Below, in pieces: positions 43,191 through 58,074 of a stretch of 64,000 nucleotides of DNA. The notes beneath the pieces were generated by a model, which had not been told where the DNA came from, ran no database searches, and saw nothing but the letters and a program-made list of their open reading frames with translations. Origin of the DNA: Octopus sinensis (taxonomy: Eukaryota); NCBI RefSeq assembly GCF_006345805.1, contig NC_042997.1, positions 14,012,001-14,076,000 of the forward strand. Reading direction: 5' to 3'. Within the stretch, counting starts at the first letter, position 1. Every line of letters starts with the position of its first letter. Position numbers and translations under genes: made by a program.

Positions 43191-43643
43191 CATGTGTGTA
43201 TGTATGCATTATGCCTACTTATGAGCTTATGAGTGTTTTTGCATGTTCATTCGTTTATTGTTATCTTTGTCATCACTATGTCATTATTATTTTGCATTTT
43301 CTTATCGTTTTTTTTTTGTGATTTCTTTTTCCTTGTTTTTTTTTTTCTCCCTCTTATTCTTTACATCCCACAAATTTGTGTGAGAGTGTGTTTTCTTTGA
43401 TGAAGTCAATAATAAGCCACCCAATTTCAACTATGGCTAATATTTTTGATTGTTTCTCTATGTTTGCATATAACATTTTCGTTTTGATTTGAAACCATAT
43501 ATTTTACAAATACTGTGTTTGTGTTTTTTTTTTTTTCTTCTGAGAGTTCACCGATCGTTTGTGGTTATGGAAAGACTGTCGGCGGTCAGTGTTCGTTTCA
43601 GGATACTACTTTAAACATAGATGTACATACACAAGTGTATGTC

Positions 43644-43707
<64 letters not shown>

Positions 43708-44018
43708 TAGCTGTATAATAGTATGATATGTAATACTGCAATTATATCCGTGGTAGCCTTCGTCTTCACATGTGCTGTGATACTTCTTACCACCAATCTG
43801 TACACTATTTAGACATATATTACATGCATATATATATATATATAGATATATCTATATATATATATATATAGATATATATAGTGTGGTGTGTGGTGTGTGG
43901 TGTGTGGTGGTATATAATATATATATAGTATATATATATATATTATAATATATATAATATATATATATTATTATATAGATAGAGAGGGACAGAATGACAG
44001 ACATACATACACACATAC

Positions 44019-44077
<59 letters not shown>

Positions 44078-44341
44078 ATAGATAGATAGGTAGATAGATA
44101 GATAGATAGACGATAGATAAGATAGATAGATAGATAGATAGATAGATATAGATAGATAGAGATAGACGACAGACAAACAGACAGGCAATACAACATACAG
44201 ATAGACAGACAGATAGACAGACAGACGATAGACAGGCAGACAGACTGACAGAATACAGACACACACACACACACAGACAGACAAGACAGACTACAGACAG
44301 ATAGATGATAGATAGACAATAGATCGAATAGATAGATATAG

Positions 44342-44378
<37 letters not shown>

Positions 44379-44396
44379 TACAGACCAGATAGATAT

Positions 44397-44433
<37 letters not shown>

Positions 44434-44444
44434 TAGATAGATAT

Positions 44445-44482
<38 letters not shown>

Positions 44483-44608
44483 ATAGATAGATAAGTTTCT
44501 TTATTGGCCACACAGGGCTGCACACAGAGGGACAATACAAGGTAGAGCTTTTCTTTTGTGGGATGAAAAAAACTATAAAAAAAACAAAAAACAAAAGAAA
44601 GATAGAAT

Positions 44609-44675
<67 letters not shown>

Positions 44676-44944
44676 CTACATAGAAATATACATGCCTACA
44701 TGTACTATACACATACATTAATACCTACGTTCATAAATACATAAATACATAAATACGTATGCCCATATTTCATAAATAGGGTTCGTACGTAAATACATAT
44801 ATACATACGCATCCCACCCACTGAGAAGCGTATCTTATTTTCTATGAAGTATAATTGTTTTACTGTCTTTGCTTTTCTTGTGTCATTCCCTACGATCCCT
44901 ACGCGCGCGCAAAAGCACACACACACACACACACACAAAGACGG

Positions 44945-44984
<40 letters not shown>

Positions 44985-45450
44985 CGCTTTCTCCCTTTCT
45001 CTCTTTCTAACATTTCTCCGTTCTTATTCCTTCTTTCGCTTCCTTCTTTATACATTAATGCTTACTTTTTTTAAAGATTCACAACCGAATAAAATATAGT
45101 TATGACATATGTGCTTGTTGTGCATATGTGCATGTGTGTGTGTGTGTGAATGAGTGTGCGCGTATGTGTGTGTGTGCGCCTGCGTGTATGTGTATTTGTG
45201 TGTGTGTGTGTGTGCGCATGTGCGCACGGGTGTGTGTATATATGTATATATGGATATATTTGTATGTGTATAAATAGACAGACGCGTACATAAGGCAGAT
45301 TCACACATATATAACACATTTATAAATGTACATATATGTATATATAAATATATTTATAAACACAAACATATAATATATATATATATACATAAATATATAT
45401 ATATATATATATATAAACATATATCTACATGTATATATATATACATATAT

Positions 45451-46325
45451 ATCAACAATCAAGGAACGGCCATAATAGGCCATTCACCCACTAGAAATAA
45501 CAGCCAAAGCTTCAACCGCAAATAAAAGTCAATTCCGTAAACCAGGAGAAAATTTAAAAAACATTTACCCTGTAATTTCTTATACGATGCACCGTTTCAT
45601 CTGCTGTATAAGAAATTACAGGGTAAATGTTTTTTAATTTTTCCTGGTTTACGGAATTGACTTTTATTTGCGGTTGAAGCTTTGGCTGTTATTTCTAGTG
45701 GGTGAATGGCCTATTATGGCCGTTCCTTGATTGTGTGATGTTGAACTTAAAATGGTCTATGACTATTTAATTTTTTCCCACTAGGCCGCTGTGGCAAAAA
45801 ATTTACAAAATTTTTTTTGCCACCCTATATTGATTAATTATGAATTTTCTGGTTAATTCCGTAATGGAATCGACGGCTTATATTATTTGCTGCCGATAAA
45901 TTTGGCGCGAGTGCGATGATTGAAAATTTTAGGTCAGATATTACCTTGGCAGGGTCAGAAATGCCTCGTGAAAATATCTGTTCCGACTTGGGCTATTTCT
46001 TACTGAAGAATCTGAGGGCCTATGGAAGATTGGCTTGATTTAATTTAATCAGGTTAGTTACCATTAACAGCAGATGGAAACGGTGCATCGTATAAGAAAT
46101 TACAGGGTAAATGTTTTTTAAATTTTCTCCTGGTTTACGGAATTGACTTTTATTTGCGGTTGAAGCTTGGGCTGTTATTTCTAGTGGGTGAATGGCCTAT
46201 TATGGCCGTTCCTTGATTGTTGATGTGAACTTAAAAAAGGTCTATGACTATTTAATTTTTTCCCCAGTAGGCCGCTGGTGGCAAAAAAATTCTACAAAAT
46301 TTTTTGCCACCCTATATTGATTAAA
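45451..46325 (+). mobile_element. Penelope-like/retrozyme-type element: inverted copy + tandem repeat with hammerhead
   Basis: Inverted segment 45451-45606. Direct repeats 45606-45835 and 46090-46324 have a 484-bp period. No ORF. Confidence 0.8.
45995..46100 (+). ncRNA. Type I hammerhead ribozyme motif
   Basis: atttctta-CTGAAGA-atctg...cagat(g)-GAAAC-ggtgcatc-GTA-taagaaat. Perfect 8-bp stem I and near-palindromic stem III. The inverted copy at 45584-45606 lacks the extra G. Confidence 0.8.
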
Positions 46326-46368
46326 TATATACATATATATGTATATATATACATGCATATATATAAAC

Positions 46369-46399
<31 letters not shown>

Positions 46400-46947
46400 C
46401 ATATATATATGTATATATATACATGCATATATATACACATATTATATATATATAATATATATATATATATAAACATATATCTTTACATGTATATATATAT
46501 ATATATACATATATACATATGTATATATATACATGCATATATATAAACATATAAATATATTATATATATATATATATATAAGAAAGAATGAAAGAAAGAA
46601 GGATAGAAAAAAAGAAAGAAAGAAAGAAAGACGTGGGGCATTCGGTTAAGCGGGCAGTCAGTTGCGAGGCTTGATTTGAGTAAAAAGTGAAGCGCTAAGT
46701 CATTGATTAAAGTGTAAACAACGATTAGTATAGCATTATTATTAAAGGATAAATAAAAGTAGATGCGAAAGAACGTTGACCAACCCTCACTTTGTAAACA
46801 ACTAAACAACTGCATGACTGACTGGCTTAGGGTTGGTTTGTATTCCATATTAAAAGGGAACTACGAATAAGGGTAGATGAAAGGGAATCTGAAGATACTC
46901 CCGCCACCAAAAAAATAACAGAAACAACAACGCTTTCAAAAATATCG

Positions 46948-46953
46948 ATGATA

Positions 46954-47016
<63 letters not shown>

Positions 47017-47048
47017 GTGTTGGTGGTGGTGGTGGTGATGATGATGCT

Positions 47049-47080
<32 letters not shown>

Positions 47081-47131
47081 CGATGATGATGATGATGATG
47101 ATCGTGGTAGTGGTGCTGGTAGTAGTAGTAA

Positions 47132-47188
<57 letters not shown>

Positions 47189-47369
47189 GAGTAGTAGTAG
47201 TTGTTGTTGTTCTCGTGGTTGTTCTCGTTGTTGTTTTCCAACAATTGAAACATCAAATAACCTGTGATATTCCCACCACGGCCATCTTTCTCTATGCAAT
47301 AATACGCAAATAAACGTTGCAAGGCAATGCTTGCATTCGTCGTACTTGTTATAGTTGTTGTTGTTGTTT

Positions 47370-47410
<41 letters not shown>

Positions 47411-47460
47411 GCTGTTGTTGTTGTTGTTGTTGTTGTTGTTGCTGCTGCTGCTGTTGATAT
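46948..47460. repeat. Compound trinucleotide microsatellite (GAT/GGT/GAC/GTA/GTT)
   Basis: Directly visible. Accounts for the poly-M/H/Y/N/S ORFs. Confidence 0.95.
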
Positions 47461-47808
47461 TGGTAGTTATTAGGTTGATATTATTGGTATAAACTGCCTT
47501 TGATTCTTTCTTGCATACAGACAGACACAAACATACACTTACACATATGGGTGTGTATATGAATACATATGTGCATACAATCACACCTACCTATAGATAT
47601 ACCTATACACACAGATATATATATATATATACATGCACACATACACACACACTCGCAAGCACATGCACACACACACACACACACACATATCTTACTTCCT
47701 TCAGAAGATATCAAAGATAAAAAACATAGACGCCATGGAGAGAAAGCAAAGGCAATAAATGATATTTATTAATATAGTATATATATATATACAAACATTC
47801 ATACATAC

Positions 47809-47839
<31 letters not shown>

Positions 47840-47891
47840 AATATATATATATATATACATACATATATTATATAATATAACATACAAAACC

Positions 47892-47922
<31 letters not shown>

Positions 47923-48248
47923 CATACATATATATAATATATATACATACAAACACATATATATACATATATATATATATATAATATATATAATATATAT
48001 ATATATATATATAGATATATATATATAAAGATATATATATATATATATATATAATAGATATGATATATAGTATGTATGAATGTTTGTATATATATATATA
48101 TAATATATATATTACGAATGTTTGATACATATATATCCATGGATACTTATGTATACATATAACTTTTTAATGATTCCTGACCAACTCTCTCCCGTTTTTC
48201 TGTGTACACCAACCACACATATATTTACATACATGTGTGTTGTTTTTG

Positions 48249-48291
<43 letters not shown>

Positions 48292-48483
48292 TCGTATGTG
48301 ATTGTAAGTATAGCAATATGCCAAGGAGGGATGAAATAAAGAAATATTTTACGTGGCCAAAACTTCAACGCAAGAGAACTATTTAAAAGAATTATTGAAA
48401 ATATCTGATCTTCTTTCCCAAATACCTCACCTCTCTCTCTCACTTCTTCCTTCTCCTACTCTCACTCACTCTCTCTCTCTCTC

Positions 48484-48522
<39 letters not shown>

Positions 48523-48905
48523 CTCTCTTTCTTTCAGGCATTTTCGTTTTATTTTCGCTTTCCTTTTTGCATTTTCCTCTTTTGAGTTTTCATTAGTATT
48601 TGCAACTATTTTTCAAAAATTTGAAATGTTAAATAAATTTTAAACTTAAAACTTGTATATGATGCTTGTAAATGTAAACATGTGTATTAACGATGAATAT
48701 CAAAGGTCCCCTTTCCATATTTGTTAAGTTTCTTGGATATATGTCTGTGTAAAACACATGTGTATAAGGGTCTTATAAAATGTTTGTCTATTTTTTTTCC
48801 ACCTGAGATATTGAATCAATTTTCGCAGTACATACATAAATACATACATAAATACACTCATGCATACGCACGTGCATACATACATTCATACATGCACACA
48901 TACAT

Positions 48906-48945
<40 letters not shown>

Positions 48946-49421
48946 GTTTATATGCTTGTAAACACAAACATATATATATATACATATATATAAACACACA
49001 CCCACAGACACATATATAAACATATATATATAAGTTTGGTAGTACAATAGTACAAATATTATAAATAGAATCAAAACAAGTGCAGTTTAAGTGAAATACA
49101 CAAAACGAAACTTTGGACCACTAAGTCACATAGTAACTTCTACAGGTTTTAAATAGATAGATAGATACATACATACATACATACATACATACATACATAC
49201 ACACATGCATACATACATACATGCATACATACATACATACACACATGCATACATACATACATACATACATACATGCATGCCTGCATACATACATACATAG
49301 ATACATATATACATAGATACATACATACATACATACATACATACATGCATGCCTGCATGCATACATACATACATACATACATACATACATACATACATAC
49401 ATACATACATACATACATACA

Positions 49422-49452
<31 letters not shown>

Positions 49453-50011
49453 GTGTGTATTTATGCTTTACTTAGAGATTTATTCAAGTTCTTAGGTTCA
49501 AGGAACAAGCCAAGATATAAGAGATTGCAAACATGTAGCTGAGTTTGTATATACAATTGGGTTTATACCCATGCATTCATATCCCATATTAGGATGTCTC
49601 TTTACTGCTTGGGTAATTGAGAGAAAATCTGCGTGTGCATCATTACTTTTTAAATATGTGTACTCGCAGATGCACGCAACCGTGTGCATATATTCATTTA
49701 AAGAATCTCAGATGGAGAAACTTTGAAATGCCTTAGAAATGTATGTATATATGTTCTCTTCTGTTTTTGATTATGTAAATTCTTCCTCTGACAAATATAC
49801 AAAGCTCCATCGTTGGAATGTCGATAACAAAAACAATGCCACAATTTAAAGTTGCGAAAAGTCTTGCATATTTTTACTGTGCCATTTACAGATTGTATTT
49901 GTAATATGCGAAGTTGGTTGAATTTTTATCTGAAAACCCCAGCTTATCTAGATTCCATTTATGCATTTACTCACAAAACTAAAAGCACCAGTTATAATTG
50001 GTATAAATCAA

Positions 50012-50386
50012 ACTTAGCGGTATTTCGTCTGCCGCTACGTTCTGAGTTCAAATTCCGCCGAGGTCGACTTTGCCTTTCATCCTTTCGGGGTCGATTAAAT
50101 AAGTACCAGTTACGCACTGGGGTCGATATAATCGACTTAATCCATTTGTCTGTCCTTGTTTGTCCCCTTTGTGTTTAGCCCTTTGTGGATAGTAAAGAAA
50201 CAGGTATTTCGTCTGCCGTTACGTTCTGAGTTCAAATTCCGCCGTGGTCGACTTTGCCTTTCATCCTTTCGGGGTCGATAAATTAAGTACCAGTTACGCA
50301 CTGGGGTCGATGTAATCGACTTAATCCGTTTGTCTGTCCTTGTTTGTCTCCTCAACGTTTAGCCCCTTGCGGGCAATAAAGAAATA
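50012..50386 (+). mobile_element. SINE family A, two tandem bodies
   Basis: Body starts at ~50021 and ~50204. Confidence 0.85.
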
Positions 50387-50389
50387 AGG

Positions 50390-51122
50390 GAGGTTTGCTT
50401 TGAAGACATTTTGTAGGCAGCTATGTGATGTATTCCAGAGAAATATGCTATAATTTACATTTTCGGTTGCGTCATGGAGATCCAATGGCTTCACTGTCTC
50501 TTTTGTTGATTAGGTATTTAGTAGCAATCTCTTGTTCTTGTATTGCAAATGCATAACCTTCAACGTATGATGTATTATAGCGATTACAAGTCCAAGGGAG
50601 GCTTCGCTTCATGTCAATATTACTGTCTTCGGGAAACATACCCATGCGTAGTTTTTTTAGCTTTTGTTTTTTGTGGTATGTTAGTCTGGCTGTTTTGGGG
50701 GTTGTATAGAAGGTCACCAGGAAGAAGGAACTTCTAGAGAGCCCTGCCGATACGTAGGGTATTGTTCTTTTCGATTTTCAGCACTAACTTAATGTATTTA
50801 TTTTCGCTGCTGTTGTTTAGTAAACGCTGTCTGAAAAGTGACTATACGACATTCGAAGGCTGTCTGCACTGATTTCAAACCTGTACCATCTTTATCTTTC
50901 CTTAGATAGAACCTGTAGACATCATTATATCTGTGGAAATCTCCAGTTGCTGTCAGCGTCTTGCAAGTTTTAACGCATATGCAATGGAATTCGTCTACTG
51001 ACCAGTCAAGAATCTCAAATGTTGAAATCAGCACCAGAGATGAAAAGGCATTGTAGGATATTGTCTTTTTGAAAGAGAAGAGATCCGACTGCCATATTTT
51101 TCTAAATCTGGAGTAATATTCC
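50390..51122 (-). mobile_element. Decayed R4/Dong-like non-LTR retrotransposon fragment
   Basis: EYYSRFRKIWQSDL..FKKTISYNAF...FEILDWSVDE...GDFHRYNDVYRFYLRKDKDGTGLKS and TSYVEGYAFAIQEQEIATKYL, both typical of the R4-clade post-RT region. Confidence 0.75.
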
Positions 51123-51187
<65 letters not shown>

Positions 51188-54100
51188 GATAGATAGATAG
51201 ATAGATAGATAGTAGATAGATAGATAGACAGACACACAGACATACAGACAGGCGTATATATATATTTATTTATATTATAACATATGCATAATATTTAATA
51301 TATTTTTATATATACATATATATATATATATATATAATATATATATACATATATCTATTTATACACATATACACACACATACGCACTCACAGATATATAT
51401 ATATATAGAGGAGAGAGAGAGAGAAAAAAAAGAAAGAGAGAGAGAGAAGCCACCTCGTTCCTTTTCCATGATATCAAAACTGCTACATATTTATGTCTAA
51501 ACAAGTAAGATTCTTTTGTCCAACACTGGCTGTCGATGCGGATAATCACCGAAACATTTATCATTCCGTGCAATAAACAGCTGTAAATATTCTATATCTT
51601 CTTTACTTCGTGTATTTGTGTTTTTCTTTTTTTTTTTTTTTTTTTTTTTTGCTTTTGCTTAATTCACATAGACATTAAATCATAGCACCAACTTACCAAC
51701 TGAGTCCTTAAACGCTCTCTGTAACTAAATATCTTGTTTGAGTGATATAAGACTACTTTACAGAAACTCACGTGCATGTACGAGGAGTAAATTAAACAAG
51801 AGAAAGAGTAATACATATATGTTTCATCGTCTGTTTATTTAATTTATTCTGCTTATACTCGAAGTTTCCATTTTTCTGTACGTTTCATCGGACCGCTAGA
51901 TATAGCACTCGAAAGGAATTTAGGATAGAGCCGGAACACGACAACACATTGGCTTAGCCAGGTCACATGTGACTCGTTCTTGAATTAGCATGTGAGTCGC
52001 TATAAAGTGAAAATAAGAGAAAACAAGATTTCATACAGCTAGTTCTGGAGAAGTAATTAGAGTAGAAAATTTTAATTATTAAATGTAATTAATTAAAACA
52101 ATCAGTCCAAGGCAAATAATTAAGGTTGAAATGTGGAGGCGTGAAGAAGTAACTCAAAGGGATACTTTAAATATTACCAGGTAAATTTAAAATAAACGGA
52201 ATTAAATTGAATTGAGGTTATTAAAGTGGAGTAATTAAAAAGGTGTAATTTATATGATACCATATTTTAAAGAGGGGTTTGTTTTAGTATTACCAGGTAA
52301 AATAATAGAAAATAAAATTATATGAAATTATTCAAGTAGAGTAAACAGAAGGGGAATAACTTAAATGCTACCTTATGATAATCGTGATTAATCACTGGGT
52401 TGTTAATGAAGGGGAGTAATGAGTTCAAAGTAGTGTGATTTGATTGACAATTAACGAACTTAAAATTAAATGCTACGATTCAAAAGGCATTTTAACTGCA
52501 CAGCCCAGAATATCTGTGCTTGTGTGTGCGTGTGTGTCTGTCTATTTATACGAGGTTATTTGTGAATGTGTAAGAATATGCACGTGCGTATGTGTGTGTA
52601 AGTGTGTGTGTGTGGTGTGTGTGTGTGTGTGTGTGTGGTGTGTGTGTGGCATGTATTTGTACGAGTGCGCATCTCCGATGAAAGTGAACAAACAATTTGA
52701 AGTCACTGTCAACCTTGTCTTTACAAAAGTTAATGCAATGTACACTACGAGGAAGTGTTAAATAAGCCTTCGGTTAAACTCCATTACTCTTTTACTCGTT
52801 TCAGTCAACTGAATGTGGCCATGCTGGAGCACCGCCTTTAGTCGAGCACATCGACCCCAGGACTTATTCTTTGTAAGCCTCATGTAAGTGTGTGTATGTG
52901 TGTGTGTATGTCGATATGTATGTCTGTCTATATGTATGTGTCTGTGCTTGTGTGTGTTGTGTGTGTATGTATGTCCGCATGCATGTATATACAGTGAGAG
53001 AGAAAGAAAAGTAGAGAGGTGGGGAGTGCGGGAGAGTGGGAGAGAGAGAACGTAGTACAGTAGGAACTTGAACTACATCTTTATCGCTTACCAAACGATC
53101 GTGTTCAGTTTAAACTACGGAGTGCTAAGAGATCCTTAAATTAGGTACGTAACGTATTTGTATTGCCATATATTTTCTGCTGAGAAACTCTGTTTATAAG
53201 CATCGTATATTATATACAGTAATAATGTTCAACAAAGCAAGGTCTGTCACCATGTTTCGATGTTCACTACAAAATCACCGAGCTCATTTTTTGTCAATTA
53301 ATTTATTCATGACAATTAGTCAAGGGAATTAATTCTAAGAAATCACACAATCATTTAGAAACTGAGGTTAAACCTCTTTAAATGCATACCCTAAAATCTT
53401 AAAAAGAAATTAGGGTACTATTTGATAACTGAGTTCTGGAACAAAGACGATTGATCGCGGTTAAAAAGTACTTTGGTCATAGATTACTCAGTAAGGTATA
53501 AACTGCACAATATATCAATAATATGAATGACAACAGACCATCACTACAGACAATGTGAGAGCCAAAGCAGTAAATTTTATGTTGCTAGAATTAACAGAGA
53601 CAAGATGAAATTTAAGGTTAGAACGCTTTCGATTTTAAGTCTTCTCGATCAGAGCTAACCAGGGGAACATCGTGAGAGCTTTAACATAATAGGCTGTTCA
53701 GCTAGAAATTGTAACTAAATCTCTTTCGAATTACCTCCCATGCCTTAAATGAGAACGTACAAATTAGATAATGCACTCCTGCATACACTACGTCTGAAAA
53801 AGATTATATTGCCGTGGCTGAGATACATGTAATCATAGCTTTGTTCGAACAAAGCTTGCCTTGTGTTAAATGGCAACAACATCATTATATTCGCCATCGC
53901 TAGACACAGCTGTGTGGTTTCGCTCCACATGGTTTCATGTTTGACTCCATTTCACGGTAATTTGGACTAGTGGCTTCTAGCATATTCTCAAGTCGACGAA
54001 ATCTTTATGAACGAAACTTAGACGAAAATTATTTGGAAATTTGTCAGCGTGAACGTTTCTGATAAAACCACCACCTGGGCTTTAGAGTTCCTTCTGAAAT

Positions 54101-54361
54101 TCTACACTGTTGCCAGAATTCGATCATGTCTCCAGTCAGAGTAAATTTCTCTCCTTCCTTCTACCAGTCATGGTAGACTTGAAAAAATGTATGGGTATTA
54201 CTCTCTCTATTCTGACAAAATAAAAAAAAAAATTTTCAACACGCTTTTTCATCACCATCCTCCACATGATCATGATCACCATCATTATCAACATCATCAC
54301 TAAACGACCCAACGAGAAATCAGTTGCTCTTTCTGCTAGAAATGTCAGTCAAATCTAAATC

Positions 54362-54815
<454 letters not shown>

Positions 54816-55266
54816 AAACCTAAATCACATGTTTCCATCTTAGAAGAAGAAAGGCCACATTAGATAGGTTAATTATAAATACACAATCGACTAAAAATGA
54901 ATGCCGTGACGATTATAGTTGAAACGTTTTTGATCACAGGTCGAATGTGAGCTGACATGGAAATACAGAACAACAAAGACGTCGACGACAACAACAACAA
55001 TAACAACAACCGCTTCACTCCATTTCGTCGTCAACGTATCTTGTTTTTAAACTCCAGCTCAACTCTAACTGTTCGTTTTCGTCCCCTAACTTAGCAGTTT
55101 GATGAAGGGATCCGATAGAATTTAAAAAAAAAAATATCGTGTAAACCCTTTAAGGCGATGCCCCAGCATGGCTGCAATCTAGTAACTGACAAGTAAAAGA
55201 AAAAAAAGATATAAGAAAGGAATTAAATGAAAGAAAATACATGAAATAATGAAGGAGCAAAGAGGA

Positions 55267-55338
<72 letters not shown>

Positions 55339-55376
55339 AGGAAAGAAGCAAACAAATAACTATAAGCGATTTAAAG

Positions 55377-55476
55377 NNNNNNNNNNNNNNNNNNNNNNNN
55401 NNNNNNNNNNNNNNNNNNNNNNNNNNNNNNNNNNNNNNNNNNNNNNNNNNNNNNNNNNNNNNNNNNNNNNNNNNNN
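55377..55476. other. Assembly gap (100 N)
   Basis: Run of 100 n. Confidence 1.
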
Positions 55477-55557
55477 CTGCAACTGTGGGCTTCGACTGCA
55501 TAATTCAAACAATAACCATACACACAAATATATGCAAACATATACACATTCATGTGT

Positions 55558-55603
<46 letters not shown>

Positions 55604-55808
55604 AGGGTAAAACTATTTCTCATCGGAGGATTTTTCTTTCAGACTACGAGTAATAGAATACTTGACTTGAAACGAGCATTTCTTGTGCAGTAGAATTATT
55701 TTAGCTCATAACCTGTCCTACCTCCGACCAATGGCTACTCAAAGACAGAAAGGGTAAAAGAGCAAAAGTACGCTTAGTTCCTGATTCAGAATGCAATGTT
55801 TTATAATA

Positions 55809-56197
55809 TACGAGCAAACCGCCCCCCCTCCCCGTCCAATGGACGGTGCTGAGCTGTCAAACATTTAAACCAAATTTTCTCAAAACAACTTGCCCGCCCG
55901 TCCCATAGGCCTCCCTTTTGAAAAAACACTGATTTAACGGATTTTATATAACTGCATGTGCATTTTTCTCGCGTACGCGTAGTATCGATCGCAACAGCTG
56001 ATTTACTTGCGTGTACAAATGCACGTTCTCATGGCTTTATCGATTACATTCTCACCTAGAATCGATTTTTGTAATTTTTTCAAGACTTATACACGCCCTG
56101 ATATCGTCGGTATCTACATATCAAATTTGAGCGCAATCGGATGGAGGATGCCCAAGATGCTAGAAGACACACACACACACAGAACGGATTTTATGTA
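55809..56197 (-). mobile_element. Probable non-autonomous Helitron/DINE-like element
   Basis: Subterminal hairpin ccgtcca-t-tggacgg before a CTCG(T) end (degenerate CTAG), a caaatttgagcgcaatcgg motif, and (TG)n near the 5' end. Confidence 0.55.
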
Positions 56198-56278
56198 AGG
56201 ATTTGTTCTTGCCGAACAATTTGCACCGATTTGTTTATAACGATCAAATATTTGTACGGTACATTAGCTCACTCTTAT

Positions 56279-56480
56279 TTTTTATTGCCCACTAGGGGCT
56301 AAACATAGACGGGACAAACAAGGACAGACAAACCGATTAAGTCGATCATATCGACTCTAGCCCGCAACTGGTACTTAAGGCAAAGTCGACCTCGGCGGAA
56401 TTTCAACTCAGACCGTAACGGCAGACGAAATACGGCTACGCATTTCGCCAGGCGTGCTAACGTTTCTGCCAGCTCGCCCC
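56279..56480 (-). mobile_element. SINE family A (internal deletion)
   Basis: Head and tail match other copies, but part of the core is missing. Confidence 0.85.
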
Positions 56481-56614
56481 CTTGTACTACCTCACTCGTG
56501 CCATTAAATCAACATTGACTATACAGGTGCACGGTCTTCCACATGTCAAATTTCAAAGCGTTCGCAGAGCAAATTGAGATAAAGTGTTGTACTCAAGAAT
56601 GTCCTCTAGCAAAC

Positions 56615-56783
56615 GCATGCTAAGACAACTTTAGTCTTTACTGATATAGAAATATAATGATTAATCACTAGTGTCGCAGTTAGCCGGTAGACTGGATAAA
56701 AATTCGCTACTAACGTCGGAAGCCAGTGATTTATTAATCACTGTTTTCCTATGCAGATAAAGACTGAAATTATGTTAGTATGT
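56615..56783. repeat. Imperfect fold-back (~170 bp)
   Basis: ttagtctttactg...gattaatcactag...gttag / ctaac...ccagtgattt.ttaatc...cagataaagactgaa. Confidence 0.55.
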
Positions 56784-57202
56784 TGTTACTACTGCATGCT
56801 TTCTAGTGATGATGCTCACTGAAGCGAGAATACGTGTTTAACAATACTACCACTGCTGCTAGATACTTTTACTTTCTAACTAATACGTCTCAGTAATAAA
56901 AAAAAACTATACGTCTACGCGAGATGCTTTCTCGGGACGAATACCAAAGTTTCTAGGTTTTTACACACAGACACAGATCAGACAACACACACACAACACA
57001 CACACACAACCACACACCACACACACACACTATTATATATATATAATATAATAGATGAGTGTATTTTTTACCTTGTTAACAATTAACACGGAACAAATAA
57101 ATAAATAGTTACCAGGGCAGCAAAAATCTCACAAGTAAAGGTGTTGTAACTCCTTGTTTATAAGGTAGAAACTTCGTGTTTACGTTGAATTTTTTGAATA
57201 AT

Positions 57203-57352
57203 ATGAATAAAAAAATGGAGTTAATGCAGATGTAATCAAATATTTTTACTTTCGACACATATTTCGAAAATTCCACTGATAGTGGAATTTTTGAAACATG
57301 TGTCGAAAGTAAAAATATTTGATTACACCAGCGTTAACTCCATTTTTTTATT

Positions 57353-57356
<4 letters not shown>
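57203..57356. repeat. Fold-back of the 3' half of the 17701 hammerhead family
   Basis: aatcaaatatttttactttcgacacatatttcgaaaattccact / agtggaatttttgaaacatgtgtcgaaagtaaaaatatttgatt. Confidence 0.85.
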
Positions 57357-57388
<32 letters not shown>

Positions 57389-57559
57389 TCCGGGGTTCTT
57401 TCAGTTTCCGTCTACCAATCCCATTCACAAGGGTTTGATCGGCCCGATGACCCGAGGATATAGTAGAAGACACTTGTCGAAGGTGCCACGCAGTAGGACG
57501 GAACCTGGAACTATGTCGTTGGGTAGCAAGCTTCTTACCGTTTATACACACACACACGT

Positions 57560-58030
57560 AAAGGAAACACAAAATGGAGAAATATTGATCAGCAACAATT
57601 CACTTACATCAATTATTATTTTTAAATTTTTAAATTCAATTCAAATAGACTGCATCCCATCTAACACTTGTTTCTGGTTCCAATGTTATATGGTATTGCA
57701 ATTGATATGCTAAAAAATGATATTCATCATATTTACTAATAAAATTTATCTGGAACATGGAGCTTCAGTAGAGTGAAGAAAAATACATACACAAAAGAAA
57801 AGAAGAGCTAGAGAGGAAAAAGAAAAGGCTGAATATGACTAAATCATACCATTTTGCTGGTGACTCTTTCATGTATGTATTTTTCTTCACTCTGATGAAG
57901 CTCCATATCCCACATGGGTTTTATTACCAAATATGATGAATATTATTTTTTAGCATATCAAGGGCAATACCATATAACATTGGAGGCTGAAACAGCTGTT
58001 AGTTGGGATGCAGTCTATTTGAATTGAATA
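57560..58030. mobile_element. Inverted pair of the 35850 family, with a hammerhead motif at 57886-58008 (+)
   Basis: ttcact-CTGATGA-agctcca...tggaggct-GAAAC-agct-GTT-agttgg, with a mirror copy at ~57640-57790. Confidence 0.75.
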
Positions 58031-58074
58031 AAATTCTTTTTAAATAATATTATCTTATTTACCTAAGTTTTAAC

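Noticed and set aside
46850-47584. 244-aa ORF with poly-N/L/S and the overlapping poly-H/poly-M ORFs
   Set aside because: Compound trinucleotide microsatellite open in several frames on both strands, with no domain content.
51520-51595. Possible very decayed hammerhead (ctgtcgatgcgga...ttccgtgcaataaacagctgta)
   Set aside because: Both core boxes are mutated, so it is too degenerate to support.
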